Origin: an uncultured virus (IMG/VR IMGVR_UViG_3300050821_000498)
Lineage: Duplodnaviria > Heunggongvirae > Uroviricota > Caudoviricetes
Virus record (IMG/VR): IMGVR_UViG_3300050821_000498
Strand: one strand, 5' to 3'
DNA length: 20,000 nt
Below the pieces are notes generated by a model. The model made no database searches, had not been told where the DNA came from, and worked only from the letters and a program-made list of their open reading frames with translations. Below, in pieces: positions 16,006-20,000 of the stretch. A program made the position numbers and the translations under genes. Each line of letters opens with the position of its first letter. Position 1 is the first letter of the stretch.

Positions 16006-16208
16006 GCGAATCAAAACAACGTGGGACATATGAACAACGCAAAGCTGAAGGAATTTTAAAACGTAAGCAAGCTGAAGAAGATTTGGCGAAGGCTAAGGAG
16101 GAGTTTATGAAAGCTGTTGAAGAGAGCTTGCCTAGCTACAAACAGACGCAGAGACATAATATTAGAGTGCTGGCTGAGATTGCTAAGGGATTGAGTGAGG
16201 AGCTATAA
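16002..16208 (+). CDS. hypothetical helical protein, 68 aa (MSESKQRGTYEQRK)
   Basis: AAGGGG SD; coupled to neighbours. Confidence 0.8.
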   Translation: MSESKQRGTYEQRKAEGILKRKQAEEDLAKAKEEFMKAVEESLPSYKQTQRHNIRVLAEIAKGLSEEL

Positions 16209-17359
16209 TGCAAATTGAATGGGATAAAGAAGATAATATTATAAAAGTTGGAGAGGCTACATTCAATCGCTATGTCCAATATAAAGATTCTAAAGCATGG
16301 GCTTTATATATCCTCTCTAAGCATCAAATTTATCCAGCACCATATCCTAAGAAAACACAGAATAAAGAGATTGCAGATGCTTTGAAAGGCAGTCGTACAC
16401 AACTATTTGCACACTTTAATGCTTTGCAAAAGAAAGTGTTTATAGCGCCTGTCTATGAGATTATTAAGAAGATTGCATATAGTCGTAATATGTGGGCAGC
16501 TAATAATATTGCTAGAATTAATCAGAATAAAGATATTCTCTTGCAAGCTTACAAAGATAAGCAATACAATATCCTTCCTATTCTCAATTATACAGGTGAA
16601 TCTCCTAAAGATTTGAAAGCAAAATATAAGAATGTTTGGAAGAATGTAACAAGCAATAGTTTGAGAAAGAATATTGCTATTGCCAAGGTTATTTCTACTA
16701 GAAGTGAAGAGGAAACAATTAAAATATTCGCCTCTAATCTTCCTTCTACTTTGCTTAGGATGAAAGAGATAAATTATCTTAATGTAGATGCCATACAATA
16801 TTTAGCCAATAATTTCAAGGGTGAATGGAATAATAAACATAAGATGATAACTGAAGGACGTTATTTTCAAGAAATGGCTAAGATGGCTAAAGACCAAGGT
16901 AAGGATGTCTCTACCAAGTGGAGTGTTAGGCGCGTTAAAGAGGAGCATGATAAACTTGTTGTGACGGCTAATAAGAAGAAATATTCTACAGTTCCTTTTA
17001 TTCATCTTAAAGATTTTAAAGTGAAGCAAATTGAGCATGAAGGTTATGTGGCTACGTTGTTAGAGAGTCCTTATGATATTTATGCTGAAGGAAGTTATAT
17101 GGGGCATTGTGTAGGTATGTATTCTAGTTATGTTGCATCCGATAATTACTTAGTGTATAGTGTTACAAAGAATGGTGAACGTAGTAGCACTATTGGAATT
17201 AATATCACAAAACATGAAAGAGATGTAGAAACAGTAACAGGAACAGAAGCTATTAAAACTAATCACTACACATTGCAACAGCAATATGGTAGGTTTAATA
17301 AAACTGTCACAGATGTGCATGAGAAGGAAATTGCGAATTTGTTGGTTAGTCAACTATAG
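16208..17359 (+). CDS. PcfJ-like domain protein, 383 aa
   Basis: C-terminal EHDKL...EGSYMGHCVGMY...YSV...RSSTIGI...QQYGRFN matches the PcfJ pattern (EG..M.HCV..Y; Q..G..N); GAGGAG SD. Confidence 0.8.
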   Translation: MQIEWDKEDNIIKVGEATFNRYVQYKDSKAWALYILSKHQIYPAPYPKKTQNKEIADALKGSRTQLFAHFNALQKKVFIAPVYEIIKKIAYSRNMWAANNIARINQNKDILLQAYKDKQYNILPILNYTGESPKDLKAKYKNVWKNVTSNSLRKNIAIAKVISTRSEEETIKIFASNLPSTLLRMKEINYLNVDAIQYLANNFKGEWNNKHKMITEGRYFQEMAKMAKDQGKDVSTKWSVRRVKEEHDKLVVTANKKKYSTVPFIHLKDFKVKQIEHEGYVATLLESPYDIYAEGSYMGHCVGMYSSYVASDNYLVYSVTKNGERSSTIGINITKHERDVETVTGTEAIKTNHYTLQQQYGRFNKTVTDVHEKEIANLLVSQL

Positions 17360-17367
17360 GAGGTAAT

Positions 17368-19152
17368 TTGAATCTAGCTGAGAAATATAATATTGACCTC
17401 AGTAAAGACCATAAGACAGGCTGTCCAAGATGTATCAGAAATGGCAGAGATAAGTCTAGGAATAATCTTCATGTTTATTCTGATACGCAGTCGGCATATT
17501 GTTGGAGTTGTTCTTGGACAATTGCTAGTAAAGAGCACCGAGAGCTAATGGGATGGGATGATGAGGAAGATGACTTAGAGGAGGAAGAAGTGACAACTAG
17601 AGAAAAGATAACACCGGAAGAGAACGAACGTATTAAGAAAATTACCACACCAGACGGCAAAGGTTACAGGGGAATTCGTAAAGATATAAATATATTTTTT
17701 GGAGTCAGATATGAATGTGATCCTACTAATGGGGAACCAATAAAGCAATATGTACCTACAACAATTGGCGGGGAGTTGTGCGGCTACCGGACGAGACTTT
17801 TTCCAAAAGACTTCGGAAATCCTATAGGCCAAGTCGGTAAGGAGGTAGATTTCGTAGGGGAGTTCAGGTTTAAAAATCACACTCGCACATTGCTAATTGT
17901 TGGGGGTGAAATTAAGATGTTAGCAGCATATCAGATTTTGCTAGATGACCAAAAAGCTCGTGATAAAATGAATTTTGAAACAGTTGCAGTGGTATGCTCT
18001 ACACTAGGAGAAGCAGGAGCAGCTAAGCAAGCTCAATCAAGGTATGAATTTTGCAATCAATTTTCTAAAATTATAATCGCAATGGATTCAGACGAAGCTG
18101 GAGAGATTGCAGCAGAAAAATTAGCAAAAGTGCTTCCTAGAGGTAAAGTATTTATTATGAAGATGCGCTATAAAGACGCAGATACATATATAGATAAAGG
18201 CAAGGAAAAAGAATTTGTTCAAGATTATTGGAATTCTAAACCTTGGTCGCCAGCAGGTTTATACACAGCCGATCAACTATATGATGCAGCATTAGCACAT
18301 GTGAGCATGGAACGGCTACCTATGCCTAGCTTTCTTCCAAAATTAAATTACAAGCTTGGAGGGGGTATTCCTAAAGGTGGTTGTATTGTATTAATAGCGG
18401 CTGCGTCATCTATTGGTAAAACTACAGTGCTAAATCAATGCCTCGTAGAGTGGATTATGAATGATAATGAGAGATTCGGTGTAGTCTCTCTCGAAGCCAC
18501 AGCAGGCGACTATGCAGCTAATTTGATATCTTACTATACTAAGACACGCTATATGGGTATTGAAAGTAGAGATGAGCGAATTTCCATGATGTCTAGTGAG
18601 CAGACTAAAGAGGCCGCTAGAGAGCTTTTTACTCGTGAAGATGGCTCTCCAAGGTTTGTTTTGTGTGATGACCGTGGAGAAAAATTAGATGTGATGCAGA
18701 AGAAAATTGAAGAGATGGTTAAGGCTATGGGCTGTACAGCTATACTTATAGATGTTACAAGTGATCTTCTAAGTGGCCTTACAATTGCTGAACAAGAATT
18801 GCACATGGACTGGCAGAAGAAGTTCACTAAAGAGACAGGTGTAACGTTAATTAACGTAGTGCACATTAGAAAGGCTGCAAGCGGACAAAAAGAAGGTAGT
18901 AGGGGGGCTGCTGTAAGTGATGAATCTATCATGGGGACTTCCACTTTGTATAAAAGCGCATCCATAATTATCGGCCTTCAAAGAGATAAAATGGCAACAG
19001 AAGACTTTGTAAGAAATACTACAGATGTTATGCTACTTAAAAATCGAGCTAATGCCGATACAGGCCCAGCAGGCCAATTGTATTATGACAAAGCTACACA
19101 TAGGTTACATGACATGGACAAATGGCTACAAGATAACCCACAAACTTTTTAA
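17368..19152 (+). CDS. bifunctional DNA primase-helicase (T7 gp4-like: Zn finger, TOPRIM, SF4 helicase)
   Basis: CPRC...CWSC Zn finger; YRGIR; MDSDEAG (DxD); Walker A AASSIGKTT; VVSLE; ILID; VVHIRK; LKNR..DTG; TTG start with GGAGG SD. Confidence 0.93.
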   Translation: MNLAEKYNIDLSKDHKTGCPRCIRNGRDKSRNNLHVYSDTQSAYCWSCSWTIASKEHRELMGWDDEEDDLEEEEVTTREKITPEENERIKKITTPDGKGYRGIRKDINIFFGVRYECDPTNGEPIKQYVPTTIGGELCGYRTRLFPKDFGNPIGQVGKEVDFVGEFRFKNHTRTLLIVGGEIKMLAAYQILLDDQKARDKMNFETVAVVCSTLGEAGAAKQAQSRYEFCNQFSKIIIAMDSDEAGEIAAEKLAKVLPRGKVFIMKMRYKDADTYIDKGKEKEFVQDYWNSKPWSPAGLYTADQLYDAALAHVSMERLPMPSFLPKLNYKLGGGIPKGGCIVLIAAASSIGKTTVLNQCLVEWIMNDNERFGVVSLEATAGDYAANLISYYTKTRYMGIESRDERISMMSSEQTKEAARELFTREDGSPRFVLCDDRGEKLDVMQKKIEEMVKAMGCTAILIDVTSDLLSGLTIAEQELHMDWQKKFTKETGVTLINVVHIRKAASGQKEGSRGAAVSDESIMGTSTLYKSASIIIGLQRDKMATEDFVRNTTDVMLLKNRANADTGPAGQLYYDKATHRLHDMDKWLQDNPQTF

Positions 19153-19183
19153 TTTACCACTAATATAAAAGAGTAAATAACTA

Positions 19184-19222
19184 TTGACAGATAACTTTTA
19201 TTTCTATAAAATAGGAGTTATC
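19184..19222 (+). promoter_or_regulatory. sigma70 promoter TTGACA-17-TAAAAT with overlapping inverted repeat, upstream of acb2
   Basis: TTGACA 19184-19189, TAAAAT 19207-19212; arms GATAACTTTTATTT and AAATAGGAGTTATC. Confidence 0.75.
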
Positions 19223-19255
19223 AAATTTACTGATTCAAACATAAGGAGAACTACT

Positions 19256-19546
19256 TTGAAAGACCAACATACAAAAATTAAAGGTTATCGTGACTTGTCT
19301 CAAGAAGAGATTGACTTGATGAATCTTATTAAAGATACTGCAAATCTTGTTGAGACTGCGCTATATCAAATACAACAACATATTATTGAACAGAACAAAC
19401 GTGCATTCTCAATTACAAACAATGAAGATGAGCAACAACGAATATTTCAAGCAGAAGCCTACGAATGGTATGTAGACGCTAAAAAAGAATTACAAACTGG
19501 CTTTATGAAGCTTGTACGCTCAGTGGCACAACCTACTACATTTTAA
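19256..19546 (+). CDS. acb2: anti-CBASS protein Acb2 family cyclic-nucleotide sponge, 96 aa
   Basis: MKDQHTKIKGYRDLSQEEIDLMNLIK...W....K.ELQTGFMKLVRSVAQPTTF closely resembles recalled Acb2; TTG start at 19256 with AAGGAG SD at 19243-19248. Confidence 0.88.
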   Translation: MKDQHTKIKGYRDLSQEEIDLMNLIKDTANLVETALYQIQQHIIEQNKRAFSITNNEDEQQRIFQAEAYEWYVDAKKELQTGFMKLVRSVAQPTTF

Positions 19547-19555
19547 GGAGACTCT

Positions 19556-19834
19556 ATGAATTCCAGCCTAATTCAGTCGCAGCTTTCATTGAACCGCTCA
19601 GTAATCAACGAACTGCATAATCATGAAAAGCAGCATACATACGCTATTAAACATTATGCTTCGTTAAAACAACATGAAGCCAAACTTGAGTATAAAGTTC
19701 TTAGAACGCAAGCAAAAGCACGTATCAAAAAGTATGTAAAATTGCAAAAAGAATTGAAGAAAGCGCTACAAGACGCGTTGTACAGGCAGAATATTGATAA
19801 TCGTATTACTGAATTGTTTGAGGAGTATGTATGA
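19556..19834 (+). CDS. basic coiled-coil hypothetical protein, 92 aa
   Basis: AAGGAG SD; helical heptads. Confidence 0.8.
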   Translation: MNSSLIQSQLSLNRSVINELHNHEKQHTYAIKHYASLKQHEAKLEYKVLRTQAKARIKKYVKLQKELKKALQDALYRQNIDNRITELFEEYV

Positions 19835-20000
19835 ATGTAAATCCTAAAGAGGCAATAGGGCTTACTAATCTACCATTAACTCTTGTAAGCCCTCTTCTAA
19901 ACGCTTACGCTTGTATTGGGAAACTTAACGGCAAAGAGAAATATGGTATGAGTAACTACAATGCATCTCCTGTATTGATGTCTATATATCTAGATGCTAT
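19831..20000 (+). CDS. dATP/dGTP diphosphohydrolase domain protein (DUF5664-like), truncated by window end
   Basis: MNVNPKEAIGLTNLPLTLVSP...AYA..G..NGKEKYG.SNY...SIYLDA matches the family N-terminus; GAGGAG SD; ATGA overlap. Confidence 0.75.
   Translation, partial: MNVNPKEAIGLTNLPLTLVSPLLNAYACIGKLNGKEKYGMSNYNASPVLMSIYLDA

Noticed and set aside
4256..18965. Minus-strand ORFs in the right arm (4256, 5562, 7127, 9546, 10493, 11017, 12021, 12633, 13313, 13725, 13825, 16403, 16802, 17150, 17475, 17575, 18549) and nested plus-strand ORFs 10539 and 11090
   Set aside because: They overlap well-supported plus-strand genes and show no recognisable motifs
19184..19255. N-terminal extension of Acb2 in the ORF track
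   Set aside because: The TTG at 19184 is the -35 box; SD and homology begin at TTG 19256
1..20000. Stop-codon reassignment as the cause of many short ORFs
   Set aside because: TAA, TAG and TGA all end genes followed by new SD-start pairs, and conserved genes (thyX, primase-helicase) are intact under code 11

Overview
AT-rich segment of a lytic tailed (Caudoviricetes) dsDNA phage genome. Bases 1-3840 carry small minus-strand hypothetical genes with their own sigma70-type promoters, and a 530-bp structured non-coding gap lies at 1633-2162. A divergent promoter pair at about 3873-3951 starts a densely packed plus-strand arm. That arm encodes many small hypothetical proteins, a mosaic Ead/Ea22-like protein, a SleB-type cell wall hydrolase, an HD-domain (Mesh1/SpoT-like) hydrolase, ThyX, a PcfJ-domain protein, a T7 gp4-like primase-helicase, an Acb2 anti-CBASS sponge homolog and the start of a dATP/dGTP diphosphohydrolase. 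The most notable unexplained element is at 9872-11625: three tandem paralogous small proteins, one missed by the ORF track, all end in W-x-[SP]-S-x(1-3)-C-COOH and sit directly upstream of a Pol-beta-type nucleotidyltransferase-like gene. This may be a substrate-array plus modifying-enzyme system. All family assignments come from motif recognition and recall; no database searches were run.
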